From positions 24,056,001 to 24,120,000 of the forward strand of contig OX597838.1 in NCBI GenBank assembly GCA_951406725.2: DNA of 64,000 nucleotides, given 5' to 3'. Position numbers and translations under genes: made by a program. The stretch is from Octopus vulgaris (lineage: Eukaryota). Every line of letters starts with the position of its first letter. Positions within the stretch are counted from its first letter, which is position 1. A model generated the notes under the pieces. It was not told the origin of the DNA, ran no database searches, and saw only the letters and a program-made list of their open reading frames with translations. This document shows, in pieces, positions 22,749-38,335 of the stretch.

Positions 22749-25700
22749 TTAGAATTATCACAGTAATGAGATGAAAACTCATTAGCATTAATGACAAGTC
22801 AAAAAAAAAATGGCAAGGGAGTGCATTCTGAGACTAAAGTAAAAAAAAAGGGTGGGGGGTGCATACATTGGAGAGTGAATATGAGTTTTGTAGGTAAGAG
22901 TGACAACTCCAGACATATTCTAATATTATCAAACCTCCTCAGTGAAGCTTAATCAAACATGTGCACACCAAATATTTTTAAATATTCACAAAAAAAAGGA
23001 TAAAAATGAAATTTGGCAAGAGATTGTTTATTCCAGATCTAATGTATAAGTTCTCGGAAATCACTAATTATATTTTATTCTAAGTTATGTTATGCCACCA
23101 TTTAATGGTTGCCCAATTAGTTTCAGAGTTTGAAATTATTTGGAAATTATTCCATTCATTTAGATGTGCTTATTAGTTTAACATCTGGTTTTTCCATGCT
23201 AGCATGGCTTAGATGGCAGAAAGGGGTATTTTCTTTACAGCCACACACTCGTCCTATTGCCAACCATTTCCTGTTTTGCATGCAAGGAATTATTTCTATT
23301 CCAGAGAAGTTCAAAACTGCAGTGGATGATTTGTTGGCAGGAAGCGTCAAAAGGCCTTAATGCTTGCACCCCAGCCACAAATGGTGACATCACCCTTTGT
23401 AGCTTAGCATAGATTGTCAGCACACATACATACAGAGGTTTCTTTCAGTTTCTTATTTCTTCATTGCCCACAAGGGGCTAAACATAGGGGGGACAAACAA
23501 GGACAGACAAAGGGATTAAGTTGATTACATCGACCCCAGTGCGTAACTGGCACTTAATTTATCAACCCCAAAAGGATGAAAGGTAAAGTCAACCTCGGTG
23601 GAATTTGAACTCAGAATGTAATGGCAGACGAAATACCGCTAAGCATTTCGCCTGGTGTGCTAACGTTTCTGCCAGCTCACCACCTTAATTTCTTCAAGTT
23701 TCTATCAACCAAATTCCTTCGCAAGGCATTGATTAATCTTGGCCTATAGTAGAAAACGCTTGCCCAAGATGCTGCAGAGTGGGACTGAACCAGTGGCATT
23801 TGGTGGTGGTTGTATTGGGTGTGCTGCCACACCCAATGTCACCAAATTTCAAGCAGGTGTATAACAAAAGTTTTCCATTGTGATTTGTGACTAAATTAAT
23901 GAAAAAGGTTACTATCTATAATGAATTTACCATTTTCAAGGGTGTCCAGTGCACACCTAGCATACCCAGATTATATGCCTCTGGATTGAACCCAATGCTA
24001 TAGGGTTGAGAAGCAAACTTCTTCACTACACAGCTATGCCTGTTCTTATAGAAAAAAAATGTCAAAAAAATAAATAAAATAAAGCAAAAAAGTAAAAGGA
24101 GAATTACTTGAAATATATTTGCCTCCAGTTCCAAAGCTTTCTCAGAAAAAAAAAAAAAACAGTAATTTATAACTGACTTTTGGCAAACAGATAGGTAAAA
24201 AAGAAACCTTGATGTTTCTCCCTCCCTGTCTCTCTTTCTCTCTGTCTGGGTCGCTGTAGCAAGTTTCTACAAGTTCCCCTACCCCCACTCCTCGGTGAAT
24301 TATTTTGATTGTCTGGGATGAAGTATTGAGCTGAATGTCTGCAATTTCAAGAATTTGCCAAAAGTTGGTCTTCTTCTTGTTACATTGAAACTATACATTA
24401 TTCATATATGCACTAAAAGGAACTATATAAAAATTATTGTCTGGCTACTTCAATTTTACAAATCATCATCACCAACAATTTTACGTCCATTTTCTATGAT
24501 AGCACGGTTTAGACATTTTGACTAGAGCTAGTAAGCTAGAGAGCTGCACCAGGCTCCAGTGGTCTGTTTCAGCATGGCTTCTATAGCTGGATGCCCTTCC
24601 TGATGGCAACCACTCTACAGAGTGTACTGGGTGTCTTTTCTTGTGTCACCAGCAGGTGTGCCTCTTTACATGTCTCTGGTACGGGTTCCTTTTATACATC
24701 AGTGGCACTGGCCATGGAAACAAAATTAAATGTTTTGTTTTACCTTCTTTCACAAATAGTTTTTTTTTTAAATATATATATTGGAACGAACATGTGGTCT
24801 TTGGTCCAACTCTACTGCATGGCACCTTGGGCAAGTGTTTTCTGCTACAACTCCAAGTCAGCCTTGTGAGTGAATTTGGTGATCAGAAACTGTGGAGAAG
24901 CTGATCATATATATACATACATACATACATATATATACATCGTCATCATCATCGTTTAATGTCTGCTTTCCATGCTAGCATGGGTTGGACGATTTGACCG
25001 AGGTCTGGTGAACCAGATGGCTGCACCAGACTCCAATCTGATATGGCTGAGTTTCTACAGCTGGATGCCCTTCCTAACGCCAACCACTCCAAGAGTGTAG
25101 TGGATGCTTTTACATGCCACCGGCATGAGGGCCAGTCAGGCGGTACTGGCAACGGCCATGCTTAAATTGTGCTTTTTATGTACCACCTACACAGGAGCCA
25201 GTCCAGCAGCATTGGCAACGACCTCGGTCGAATGTTTTTTCACGTGCCACCAGCACAAGTGCTAGTAAGGTGGCGCAGGTAATAATCACGCTCGAATGGT
25301 GTTTTTTACGTGCCATTGGTATGGGGACCAGCTTGTTGCTCTGGTAATGATCACGCTCATATGATACTCTTAGCGCTCCACTAGCATGGATGCCAGTCAT
25401 CGAAGTTTATTTATTTATATATATATATATATGTAAATATATATATATACACATATTCATGCACATACACATTTTTGTGTGTTTGTGTTTGCCCCTTCCT
25501 GATCCCACTGCTTGACAGCCAGTGTTTCGTTTACATCCCTCTAACTTAGCAGCTCAGCAGAAGAAACTGATAGAACAAGTACCACACTTTAAAAAGAAAT
25601 TTTTGTACTGAGATCAGTGTATTTGTTTAAAACCCTTTGATGCACTGCCTCAGCATGGCTGCAGTCCAATGACCAAATCAAGTAAGATATATATATATCA

Positions 25701-26120
25701 TCATCATCGTTTAACGTCCGCTTTCCATGCTAGCATGGGTTGGACGATATATATATATATACATATATATATACATAAGTACATATATATTCATTGATTC
25801 ACTTTATGCCCATTTTTCTATGTTAGCAAGGGTTAAATGAATATATTTTTGGAGCATTGTTTTTCAACTAGGTCCCTTTCCTGTTGCTAATTCTCCTCTA
25901 CTTTCCAAGTAAGGGATTTCCTATTTCACACATCTTTAAAGGGCACAAACTCAGCAAAGGGTTTATTCTCAGGAAAGTAGCTACTTGTATCACAGCTCAT
26001 AGCTTATGATTCTTAGTGAATTACACATGTAAGTAAACACACACACACACACACACACGTACGCACACATATATAAGACAAGGAAGAAGATGAAGATATC
26101 ACTCAGCATAAATTTATTAC

Positions 26121-26246
26121 TGGTTACAATTGTTTCTGGAACATTGCTCCTTGGGCCACATTACATACAGAGGATTATGTGTAGTAAATTTCATAAGAAC
26201 ATAATTTACCATAACTGAATAGCACAGGGCGGCACCTCATCAGCCA
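26121..26246 (-). ncRNA. Degenerate hammerhead motif
   Basis: UGG-CUGAUGA-[100 nt]-GAAA-CAAUUG-UA-ACCA; same stem III as 41309, but stems I and II are imperfect. Confidence 0.5.
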
Positions 26247-26500
26247 CTCGTTCTTTTACTTGTTTCAGTGATTTGACTGTGGCCATGCTGAAGCACCACC
26301 TTGAAGGGTTTTTAGTCAAACGAATTGATGCCAGGACTTATTTCTTAAGCCTAGTACTTATAGTTCTTATTCTGTCAGTCTCTTTTGCCAAACCACTAAG
26401 TTACAGGGATGTAAACTCACCAATACTGGTTGTCAAGCGGTGATGCAGGGGTCAAACACATATACAAAGGCACTCAGACACATAGATATACATACATACA

Positions 26501-26531
<31 letters not shown>

Positions 26532-27444
26532 GTGTGTGTGTGTGCATACAACATGCTTCTTTCAGTTTATGTCTGCCAAATCCACTCACAAGGTTTGGTC
26601 AGCCCAAGATACTTGCCCAAGGTGTCACACAGTGGGACTGAACTTGGAACTATGTGGTTGGAACGTAAGCTTCTTACCACACAATAATAATATCATACAT
26701 ACGTACGCAAGTACGTAGGTAGGTAGGTAATATTTCCTCTAACTATAATTAATTTCACCTTTAATTTTAATGAGATACTTCTCTTCATACCTGATATATC
26801 TAATTAATAAGTTATTGGTGAAATCATTCTGAAGATTTCTAGAAAGAATGAAATTGTGCTATACATGATTACCACCAAGTAGTTATTGTAAGAAATTTGT
26901 AATAGATAACAGAAAAAAGTTAAATATGTGAACTCTGTGTATCTTCTTCCTGATATCCCTTAATTTCTAAACCTGTCTCATATCGAGGATACTGTTACCA
27001 CCCTTATATTATTGGCCATAACGAGAGGGCACCACACACACACACACACACATATTTATAGTTTCTTTAGTTGTCTCTGATATCTAGTTATTTCATGCAG
27101 CGAATGTGTGCAACATTATCGAGACCTCTTGATGTATATTAGTTATTAGCACTTGGTTTCCATAAGCAGTTGCAAATGTAGGCACTTAAACAGTAGAATA
27201 AATTGGTTTATTTGCGAGTGGCGATGGAGGTGGTGATTTCTGACAGTAGCTTTCATTGAAGATTCTTTGATAAAAGAGTATTGAATGAAACATTAAGACT
27301 TTTCTTTATGCAACAAACCAAGTTATTTTCCCATTTTAAACTCTAAGAACACCAATCATTGTTAGTTTTCCTCAGATTTATTAGAATACTTAAAAGCTTC
27401 TTTTGAGCTTCTACAAAGCTTTCACTAACATTAGTGCTGCTTAA

Positions 27445-27686
27445 ACCTTTAGTTACCATATTTCTGTTGAAATGCACATGCATTTGTTTAAATTAATTTT
27501 GAAAGGAAAAAAAACAACAAAAAAGACCAAAAATTTAGTAACATAATTTTGCCATTATTAAGCTAGTATTTGGAATATTAATCAGCTTGAAACTTTGATG
27601 GAAATCTTTAATTTAGATCAATTTAAAACATGGAGGTTTGTATCATAGAACCTGAAGCAATCTCATATGGATTATTATCAAATGGG
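27445..27686. mobile_element. Second TTAA-flanked piggyBac-like MITE family; related tandem copies at about 36530-36760 and 36763-37365 (latter interrupted by SINEs)
   Basis: TTAA|ACCTTTAGTTACCATATTTCTGTTGAAA...TATCAAATGGG|TTAA; the same internal sequence recurs at 36530-37368 and inverted at about 50286-50405. Confidence 0.7.
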
Positions 27687-28590
27687 TTAAACCAAATATT
27701 GTTTTATTACATGTTGCGGCTCCTCTTCACTCAATAATTTTGTGGTAGGTTGCTTTGCTAACAATTAAATCAATAAATATAAGTTTATTATTATTAATAT
27801 TATTATCATTACTAGGCTTACAAAGTATAAAGGCGATACTCCAGCATGGCCGCAGTCAAATGACTGAAACAAGTAAAGGAGTAATGCAATTCATGAGTAT
27901 TTGGTTACTATTTCTAGTTAGTTGAGTGACTGCATCGAGGCTCCCCTATTGATTGTTGTTTGTCTTGTCCTGGGTTGTCTCCGACTGAGCAGATTATGAT
28001 GAAAGGTAATCCATCTTTTGGGGAACCCAGAACAATATTATCTCTCATGTCATTCCCAAACACAGTAAGATATGAATTGAAGGACATCTGATTCTGATTG
28101 CTATTTCTGTCGTGTTAAGTGACCAAATTAACAGGAGTCAACAACTTCTAATTATAATGACCCACTTGTAATTTAAAAAAATTTTTTTTTTTTTTTTACT
28201 CATGGCTCACAAATATAATTCTACAGGCACAAGCATAGTTGTTGTAATAACCACATGGCTCGAGGGTCAGTCCCACTGCATGGCATTTTGGGTACATCTA
28301 CTATAGCTTCAGACTGGAAAAAGCCTTGTGAGTGGATTTGGTAGATGGAAATTGAAAGAAGTCCATCATGTGTGTGTGTGTGTGTGTTTGTTTGTTCCCC
28401 ACCTCTGCTCGACAACTGGTGTTGGTATATTTACATCCTTATAACTTAGCAATCTAGCAAAGAGACTGATAGAATAAACATCAGGTGGTTTAAAAATAAG
28501 TACTGGGGCCGATTCATTTGACTAAAATTCTTCAAGGTGGTGCCCCAGTATGGCCACCATCTAATGACTGTGTCTCACCACCCTCTATGT

Positions 28591-29072
28591 TTCTTATTTC
28601 TTTATTGCCCACAAGGGGCTAAACATAGAGGGGACAAACAAGGACAGACAAAGAGATTAATTCGATTATATTGACCCCAATGCGTGACTGGTACTTAATT
28701 TAAGGCGGTGAGCTGGCAGAGACGTTAGCACGCCGGGCAAAATGCTTAGCGGTATTTCGTCTGCCGTTACATTCTGAGTTCAAATTCCGCCAAGGTCGAC
28801 TTTGCCTTTCATCCTTTCGGGGTCGATTAATTAAGTACCAGTTACACACTGGGATCGATATAATCGACTTAATCCGTTTGTCTGACCTTGGTTGTCCTCT
28901 CTGTGTTTAGCCCCTTGTGGGTAGTAAAGAAATAGGTACTTAATTTATTGACCCCAAAAGGATGAAAGGCAAAGTCAACCTCAACGGAATTTGAACTCAG
29001 AACATAATGGCAGACAAAATACCACTGAGCATTTCACCCAGCATGCTAACGTTTCTGCCAGCTCGCTGCCTT
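28591..29072. mobile_element. SINE family B (Meta-domain-like): plus copy (28703-28934) inserted in a minus copy of the same family
   Basis: GTCGACTTTGCCTTTCATCCTTTCGGGGTCGAT..AAGTACCAG central domain; TSD GGTACTTAATTTA at 28690-28702 and 28935-28947. Confidence 0.88.
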
Positions 29073-29340
29073 ACAAATTCCAAATGTCATTCAGAAAAAT
29101 TTTAAGAAATTCGGAGCATAAGACAGCAAAATTAAAAAATGGAGAAAATCCCATCTTTAATTGGTAATTCTGCCCATACAGTACTGACAATCATTTCTGT
29201 TGTGCCAGTCAAATTAATATACCCATTCACTTTTAATTGCTTTGATAATGTTGTTTTAACATATTTCTGAATACATTAATTTGACTGGCAAGCAAAAATT
29301 AAACATCACAACACAAAAGATTATCTAAAAGCCACCAACT

Positions 29341-29503
29341 GGCGCAGGAGTGGCTGTGTGGTAAGTAGCTTGCTAACCAACCACATGGTTCCAGTTTCAG
29401 TCCCACTGCGTGGCATCTTGGGCAAGTGTCTTCTGCTATAGCCCAGAGCCAACCAATGCCTTGTGAGTGGATTTGGTAGACGGAAACTGAAAGAAGCCTG
29501 TTG

Positions 29504-29534
<31 letters not shown>

Positions 29535-29731
29535 TTGTGTGTCTGTGTTTGTCTCTCTAGCATTGCTTCACACCGATGCTGGTGTGTTTATGTCCCTGTC
29601 ACTTAGCGGTTCGGCAAAAAGAGACCGATAGAATAAGTACTGGGCTTACAAAAAATAAGTGCTGGGGTCGATTTTTTCAACTAAAGGCGGTGCTCCATCA
29701 TGGCCGCAGTCAAATGGCTGAAACAAGTAAA
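29341..29731 (+). mobile_element. SINE family A copy
   Basis: Direct similarity to 59248-59669. Confidence 0.88.
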
Positions 29732-30209
29732 ATAAAAAATAAAATAAAATAAAACTGCTCAAGCACATTAAATATCAATAACTTTTGGAATAGATCTAAA
29801 GCTCTCAGAAGAAAACTATGTAATGCATTTGTGGGTCGTTGCCCACCAGCTGCTAACACTTCAGCATTGAGGATCATTCTTGGTGTTTGGAACATAACTT
29901 AACAAAAGGTTCTTGTGTGAAATTGCATTGTGGCCCAATCTTCATTAAAGGGCCAACAGCAATGTGTTTTAGATATAGTGTTTATTGCTGTGAGTGCAGG
30001 CGTGGTAAGAAGTTTACTCCCCAACCACATGGTTCCTGGTTCAGTCCCACTGTGTGGAACCTTGGGCAAGTGTTTTCTACTCTAGCCTCAAGCTGACCAA
30101 AGCCTTGTGAGAGGATTTGGTCGATGGAAACTGAAAAAAGGCTGCTGTATTCATACATACATACATCCATCCATACATAAATAAACAACTAACAACAGGT
30201 AGACTGTGG

Positions 30210-30295
30210 TTCACTACAGCTGTTTCAGATGTGTCTTTTATTGATGAACAGAAGTGTTACATCATGCAAAAAAAACACTATTTTCATCAGGTGGA
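30210..30295 (-). ncRNA. Type-I hammerhead ribozyme motif, intact core
   Basis: Minus strand: UCCAC-CUGAUGA-AAAU(A)GUGUUUUUU...AAAAGACAC-AUCU-GAAA-CAGCUG-UA-GUGAA. Confidence 0.72.
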
Positions 30296-30960
30296 TACAT
30301 GTAAGTTGAGCATTTTGAACATCTGAAGAAAAAGTACAAGTACCATTTGACTCTACCAACCAAAGAGAATGGATATACAATGCTAGCATCAAGCTTATAA
30401 TAAGGAAATCATGACAGGCCTGGATACTGTGTATCTGTGTGTGTGTGTGGTTGCATCTTTGTTTGTCCTCCACCACTACTTGACAACTGGTGTTGGTGTG
30501 TTTACATCCCTGTAACTTAGAAATTTGGCAAGAGACATCAATAGAAAAAGTGTCAGGTTTTTAAAAAAATATTAAGTACTGGACTCAATTTGTTCGATTA
30601 CAATTCTTCAAGGTGGTGCCCCAGCATGGCCACAGTCTAATGACTGAAACAAGTAAAGGAAGATAAAGGATATCTCACAATCATCATTTTGATGCTTACA
30701 TCTCCATGCTTATGAGTCAGACAGGATTCATTGAGTTGGATTTTTTCTATGGCTGGATGCCCTTCCCGTCACCAAACCTCATCTGTTTCTGAGAAAGGTA
30801 GTATTTCTCCTTTGCTAGACATGTCTTTATGCAAGACTGGATATTAACAACACTGCTTCTATGATGGTGAGGCTCACTTACAACTGTTATTTTAACTTGC
30901 CGTATCTGGCCAAAATTTATGAAATTTCTCATACAACTTATGTGATTCATTAGTGACCAA

Positions 30961-31306
30961 GTGAAGGTTCATGGTTCAGTGGTTAGAGCGTCAGGCTCAC
31001 AATCTTGATGTAGTGAGTTCAATTCTTGGACCAGGCTTTTGTGTGTTGTGCTTTTTTGAGCAAGACACTTTATTTCACATTGCTTCAGTTCACTCAGCTG
31101 TAGAAATGAGTTGCGATGTGAATGGTGCCAAGTTATATCAGCCTTTGCCTTTCCCTTGAATAACATCAATGGCATGGAGAGGGTAGGCTGGTAGGCATGG
31201 CTGAATGCTGGTCTTTCACAAAGCAACCTTGCCCAGACTTGTACCTTGGAGAGGAACTTTCTAGGAGCAACCCCATGGTCATTCATAACTAATGGAGGTC
31301 TTTATC
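30961..31306 (+). mobile_element. tRNA-derived SINE family C (older copy)
   Basis: Homologous to 7230-7565; TSD CATTAGTG(A/G)CCAA at 30948-30960 and 31307-31319. Confidence 0.88.
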
Positions 31307-31352
31307 CATTAGTGGCCAAAGAAAGCAAAATTCAGCCTATTTAGCATTCAAA

Positions 31353-31699
31353 GTGAAGGCGCATGGCTCAGTGGTTAGAGCGTCGAGCTTACGATCGTGA
31401 GGTTGTGAGCTCGAATCCCGGACCGGGCTGCGTGTTGTGTTCTCGAGCAAGGCACTTTATTTCACGTTGCTCCAGTTCACTCAGCTGTAGAAATGAGTTG
31501 CGACGTCACAGGTGCCAAGCTGTATCGACCTTTGTCTTTCCCTTGGATAACACTGGTGGCGTGGAGAGGGGAGGCTGGTATGCATGGGCGACTGCTAGCC
31601 TTCCATAAACAACCTTGCCCGGACTTGTGTCTAGGAGGGTAACTTTCTAGGTGCAATCCCATGGTCATTCATGACCGAAGGGGGTCTTTACCCTTACCC
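31353..31699 (+). mobile_element. tRNA-derived SINE family C (young, CpG-rich copy)
   Basis: A box TGGCTCAGTGG and B box GCTCGAATCC; TSD TTTAGCATTCAAA at 31340-31352 and 31700-31712. Confidence 0.92.
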
Positions 31700-32238
31700 T
31701 TTAGCATTCAAAATGAACCATTTCTGGAGAGGAAGAAGAAAATGTATCTTTTTTTTTTTTTGTTTTTCATCATTATCACGAATGTTGAAAGTTTAGTCTA
31801 GGTTATTGACCTAATCCTTTGTTCATTAATTGTATCGACATATAAATTGTCATAGCATCTCTCAATTACTTCAGTGCTGCTTACACTTGCAGTTATCAGA
31901 TCGTTACTACAGTAAGGTGCATTCAGGTGTTGACTCTTTCTCTGTCTCCCTCCCCCTCTCTGTCTGTCTCTCTCTCTATATATATGTGTGTGTGTGTGTA
32001 AAGTTTATCGATCTTATATACTCAAAGTACGTTTTGTTTGTTCCCTGGTTCGCTGCGGTATAGCAGTTGGGGGACGACACCCTCATTATGCTGGGTGTTA
32101 AAAAAAAACATCTGAAAGCCATAAACAGGTCAGACAACCCACCCCTGACCCCATACTGCAACAAGCAACTACTTTGAGCATGTGCGGTTGATAATGTTTA
32201 CTGCACTAACACTGCTTTTAATTCATTATTGAATATAT

Positions 32239-32308
<70 letters not shown>

Positions 32309-32604
32309 GTAACATACAAAATGGGACAAGAACGCAAAACATCTGGACAGTTAAGTGATACAAAAATGAGACAACAAAACATCCAGATAGACGATACAAA
32401 GAAACCAAGGACGGGTCATTTGAAGTTTTCTTTCCTCAGTCGAGTAGCAGATTATCTTCGCAATTTCAGCTGATTATACTTGAGATTGCTCCAATCTGGC
32501 CAGCCCCAAGGAAAAACTAAGCTAAGAGCATTAGACTCCTTGGAAGAAAGCAACGAATATGTACAAAAACAAGGATGGAAAAAAACGGACAATGTTACAC
32601 AAAT

Positions 32605-33720
<1,116 letters not shown>

Positions 33721-34095
33721 TACAAAGTAAGATAGGAGTTATGAGGGTAACCCACTATGGGATATCAGTTATCTAATATACTGCTGGTGAAGTACCCAAA
33801 TACTAAATACATAAATGCTTATAATTGCAATGCAATTAATTCATAATTACATACAGACATACATACTACACATCTTCACACACACATATACATATATGTT
33901 GTGTGTATGTGTGTGCTTACATATGTGTGTATACGTATATATATGCATGTGTGTGTGTGTGTATTTGAAGTTGTGTGCATGTATAAGTAGGTTGAAGAGT
34001 GCTTTCTAGAAACCCCAATCTACTAATATAGAGAGTGCTTCAAATTTATCAGTTTTTTAAAACTTATTTTTAAACATTTTTTTTTACCTTCGTTT

Positions 34096-34150
<55 letters not shown>

Positions 34151-34674
34151 TTATCTGACTCTGCTTAAAGCGTAAGATTTAAAGTAGGAAAGCGTGAGGG
34201 AAAGAAAGATTCTATTAGTTACATTTCTGTCAAACAACTTTTTTTCCTCTCACTTCAATATTTCTTAATTTCTTCATTGCTTTTGTTTTTGTTGTTGTTG
34301 CTACCGGTGGTAGTGGTAGTGGTGGTGGTGGTGGAGCTCTTACGTTTCCTAACCTCACTCCCTCGCTGTCATGTCACTTTGACCGTTGATCAATTAATGC
34401 CATAATTTGCTTAAAATTCTGGCTTAATTCATTGTATGTATTTATCATCAGCTTAGTGGATTAACACTAAGTATATCACATTAACAACATAATTATCTCT
34501 AAATAGGTTTTTATTTTGTTGTTGTTGTTGTTGTTGGGAGGGGGACCGGGCTTTATTGAATGCTATTTAGACTTGCAACCTAAGCTAATATTACGTCTGA
34601 AGCACATAACTCTGCTAACTTCAGTCTGCCTGGCTGAGAGATAGGTCTCCCCCTTATGCTTTATGATAGGAGTC

Positions 34675-34777
34675 TATAGTTTGTACTAACAATGGTATTC
34701 AGTCATTGGTATATAGTTTGTACTAACAACGGTATTCAGTCATTGGTATATAGTTTGTACTAACAATGGTATTCAGT
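34675..34777. repeat. 37-bp tandem repeat, about 2.8 units
   Basis: TATAGTTTGTACTAACAATGGTATTCAGTCATTGGTA at 34675, 34712, 34749. Confidence 0.9.
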
Positions 34778-35856
34778 AGGTGTTGTTTTGTATGGTGGGA
34801 GGTATCTGGCTTGCATCTCCAAATTTACATTAAAAAACATCCAATTGATGTGTGACTTGTTGGTGTCATGGATTTTTGTTGTTTCCCTTCCTCCTGGATC
34901 TTTGAATAAATGGCATGATGTGAAAGTAGGATTGTTTTGTTAGTTCTTCCATGAAGGCCTTAATGGCCCAAATGGCCCACAGAAAGATTCAAACACAGCA
35001 TTGTGAACAAGCAAAATGCTTCTGGGCCGACAAGAGGGTCATGGTATAGCTGCTCTACCTGCTAGAAATACCTTGGCTGTGGCCCTATACAGCTAACAAA
35101 TATATTACTGTTGTTGCTATTGATGTCTATTCCCAGGTGAACCCTGGTAGAGCCAATACATGATCAAGGGCATTCCAATAGTTTTTAGGTATAGTGTATC
35201 AAGCATTATATTATTGAATGTGTCCCGTTTTAATAAGGCAGTAGGGTGTGATTTGCAAAGCAAACTTTTTAACCATACAGACATGCAGGCACATTGACAC
35301 ACACACACACATACACATGTATTCACACACACACACACACATGTATTCACACACACACACACACTCAAATACACACACATACATGCACTCACACACACAC
35401 ACATACACACACACACACTCAAATGCACACACATACACACGTGCATGCATGAATACACACATACACACACACGCACACACACACACACATACATGCACTC
35501 AAACGCACACACGTGCATGCATGAATACACTCACATGCATGCTCACACACACACACACTCAAACACACACACATGCATGTACACACACATGCATACCCAC
35601 ATGCATGCACACACACACACACATATCATTTTCCTCCATGTTGCATTGAAATAATGCTAGATGCCTGCCATCGTTTTATTTGATATTGATTTATTTCCTT
35701 GTGGCTGGCACAAGGCCATTCCAGTCCTTAAAGGGAAATCGTTTTAGTCGAGAGGGACAGAGAAACTTTCATACATACATACGTACATACAGACATATGT
35801 ACATACAGACATGTATGTATACATACACATACACACACACATGTATATAAACACAC

Positions 35857-36357
35857 TTCTTCTTCTTCTTTATGCCTTTAATTCTCCAACGTGGAGTATA
35901 GGCCACTTATAATTGAATTCCATGTCGCATAATTTTTGGCTTCTGTACTAATACTCTGCCGTGAATGTCCCCCTTTCTCTAGTTCCTTTTGTGTTGATCT
36001 CCGCCACGAGTTCTTAGGCCTACCTCTCCTATATCCATCCGGTTTCCACTATAAGGCACTTTTCGCTACATTTGGTGTGTCTTTTCTTAAGCCTACCTCT
36101 CCTTCTATATCCATCCGGTTTCCACTGTAAAGCACTTTTCGCTACGTTTGGTGTGTCTTTTCTAATTGTGCTACCAATCCACTTTCACTTTTTCTTAAAT
36201 ATTTGCTCCCTAATCGTAACTTGATTTGTTCTTTGCCATAGCTCCCTATTGCTTATGTGTTCGGGCCATCTAATTTTAAGTATACTACGCAAGCATCTGT
36301 CGATGAATGATTGTATTTGTTTATTTGACTTAACTGTTGTTTGCCATGCCTCAGACA
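35857..36357 (-). mobile_element. RTE/BovB-like LINE 3' end with (GAA)n tail and an internal ~72-bp tandem duplication
   Basis: SEAWQTT...IQSFIDRCLRSILKIRWPEHISNRELWQRTNQ; (CTT)n at 35857-35870; duplicated block at 36016-36163. Confidence 0.85.
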
Positions 36358-37944
36358 AGTACATATCTATAATATAAACACACACACAAATTTAAAGGTA
36401 GCTTTGAATGAATAAGGCCACTATAAAGAGGATGTTATTTATCATATGCCAAAAATATAATTACATTTATTGCGGCAATGTAATCATTATATGTATTAAT
36501 GTAAGAATTAAAATGGGAAACACATTTTTTACCCTTTTTTTTTTACTATATTTCTGTTGAAAAACACAGCTTTTATTTTTCAATTGATTTTTAAAACAAT
36601 AAAGAATGCAGTGAAATAACTTTGTCAATATTAAGCTGTTGTTTGGAACAAAATTAATGTGAAATTCTGGTGCAAGGTTTTTAATTTAGGTTACTTTAAA
36701 ACAGAACATTTATATCATAGAATTAGGCGTTGCATTGGGAGGGTTGCTATCAAAAGAGTTAACTCCCTTTGTTACCATGTCTCTGTTGAAATACTCTTTA
36801 CTCTCTCTTTTACTCTTATACTTGTTTCAGTCATTTGACTGGCCATGCTGGAGCACCGCCTTTAGTCGAGGACTTATTCTTTGTAAGCCTAGTACTTATT
36901 CTATTGGGCTCTTTTGCAGAAACGCTAAGTTATGGGGACATAAACACACCAGCATCGGTTGTCACTGAGGCTGATGTACTCAACAAGCAACCCTACCCCA
37001 CAAAATTTCAGGTCTTGTGCCTACAGTTGAAAGGATTATTAAGATGGTGTTTCAAGGCAGCAAGCTGGCAGAATTCTTAGCACATTGGGCAAAATGCTTA
37101 GCAGCATTTCTTCCGCTGAGATCGACTTTGCCTTTCATCCTTTTCCGGGTCAATAAAGCAAGTACCAGTTGAGCATTGGTGTCGATGTTATCGACTAGCA
37201 ACCCTCCCCCAAAATTTCAGACCTTGTGCCTACAATAGAAACACCTATTAAGACGGTGTTTGAAACATAAGCTAACATGAAAGGTTTTAATGCAGGTCAC
37301 TTTCAAACAGGAAGCTTTTATCACAGAACTAGGGGTAGCCTCACGCCAGGCTGATATCAAATGGGTTAATGACTTTTTCACAAGTTTAACCCTTTACCAT
37401 TGAGACTACTATCTCACATATAAATGCTTATTTATTCACATTGTTCTGAATTAATTATGCATTATTTTATAGCTTGGAGATTTCAGGGATGTGATTGTTT
37501 ATTTTCAGAACGATATTGTAGGACAGGTGTGAGAGGTTGGATCTGGCCAGTTTGAAAATAAGGCAGATAGAATATTTGGACTGGATGGGTCTGGTTTGAA
37601 TGCTAAAATGTTAAAAACATTACAATAAATATCGTACGTTATAGTCAACGAAACAGAGTTTTGTCCTTCATTTTTAAGCAAAAGTTCATTTTTTATTGAA
37701 AGACAGTACTATCATTTTTATTTATATTTTTTTTTTTTGGTCTGGAGGAAGGGGTTGTGCCGGTGCTATTGATGGAGACTCTGGTGAGAGCGATGTGGTT
37801 TGTGTTTCCTCTTGAGCACTTGCAAACTGACAGCTGCTGAAAAATTAAAATTAATGAATAAAAAAAGGAAAGGAAAAAATGTGTAGGGAAGGAATTCTGC
37901 ATTACTGGTGCTCTTAAAAAGAGTGAGTAGGAATAGTGGTTTAG

Positions 37945-38335
37945 TGTTGTAGTGACGGTGGTTGTGGTGGTGGTGGCAAAAGTGGTAATGGTGGTTGTTG
38001 TGGTGGTGTCAGTGGCAGCAAAGGGGGTTGTGGTGGTGGTGGTGGAGGTAGTAGTAGTAGTAGTAGTAGCAGATATAACAGCAGTGGTTGTGGTGATGGT
38101 GATTGTAAGGGTAATAGTAGCTGCAGAGGTGGTGGTGTAGTGACAGTGCACAGCAGAGGTGGTGGTGGTTTTGGTTGCAGTGCTGTGCAGCTGAAGCAGA
38201 AGTGGCACTACAAGTGGTGATGATGGTGTAGCAGTGATGCCAGTGGTGGTGGTGGTGGGGTGATGGTGGAATCGGTGAGGTGGTGGCAATGAAGTCAGTG
38301 GTGGTGGTGAAGATGGTGGTGTTAGTGGTGATGGA
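37945..38335. repeat. Degenerate (GGT/AGT)n trinucleotide tract (similar tract at 46055-46175)
   Basis: Direct inspection. Confidence 0.88.

Noticed and set aside
31353-31428. tRNA-like sequence with A and B boxes (also 7230, 44841)
   Set aside because: SINE heads: they continue into SINE bodies, have TSDs where complete, and lack a proper acceptor stem.
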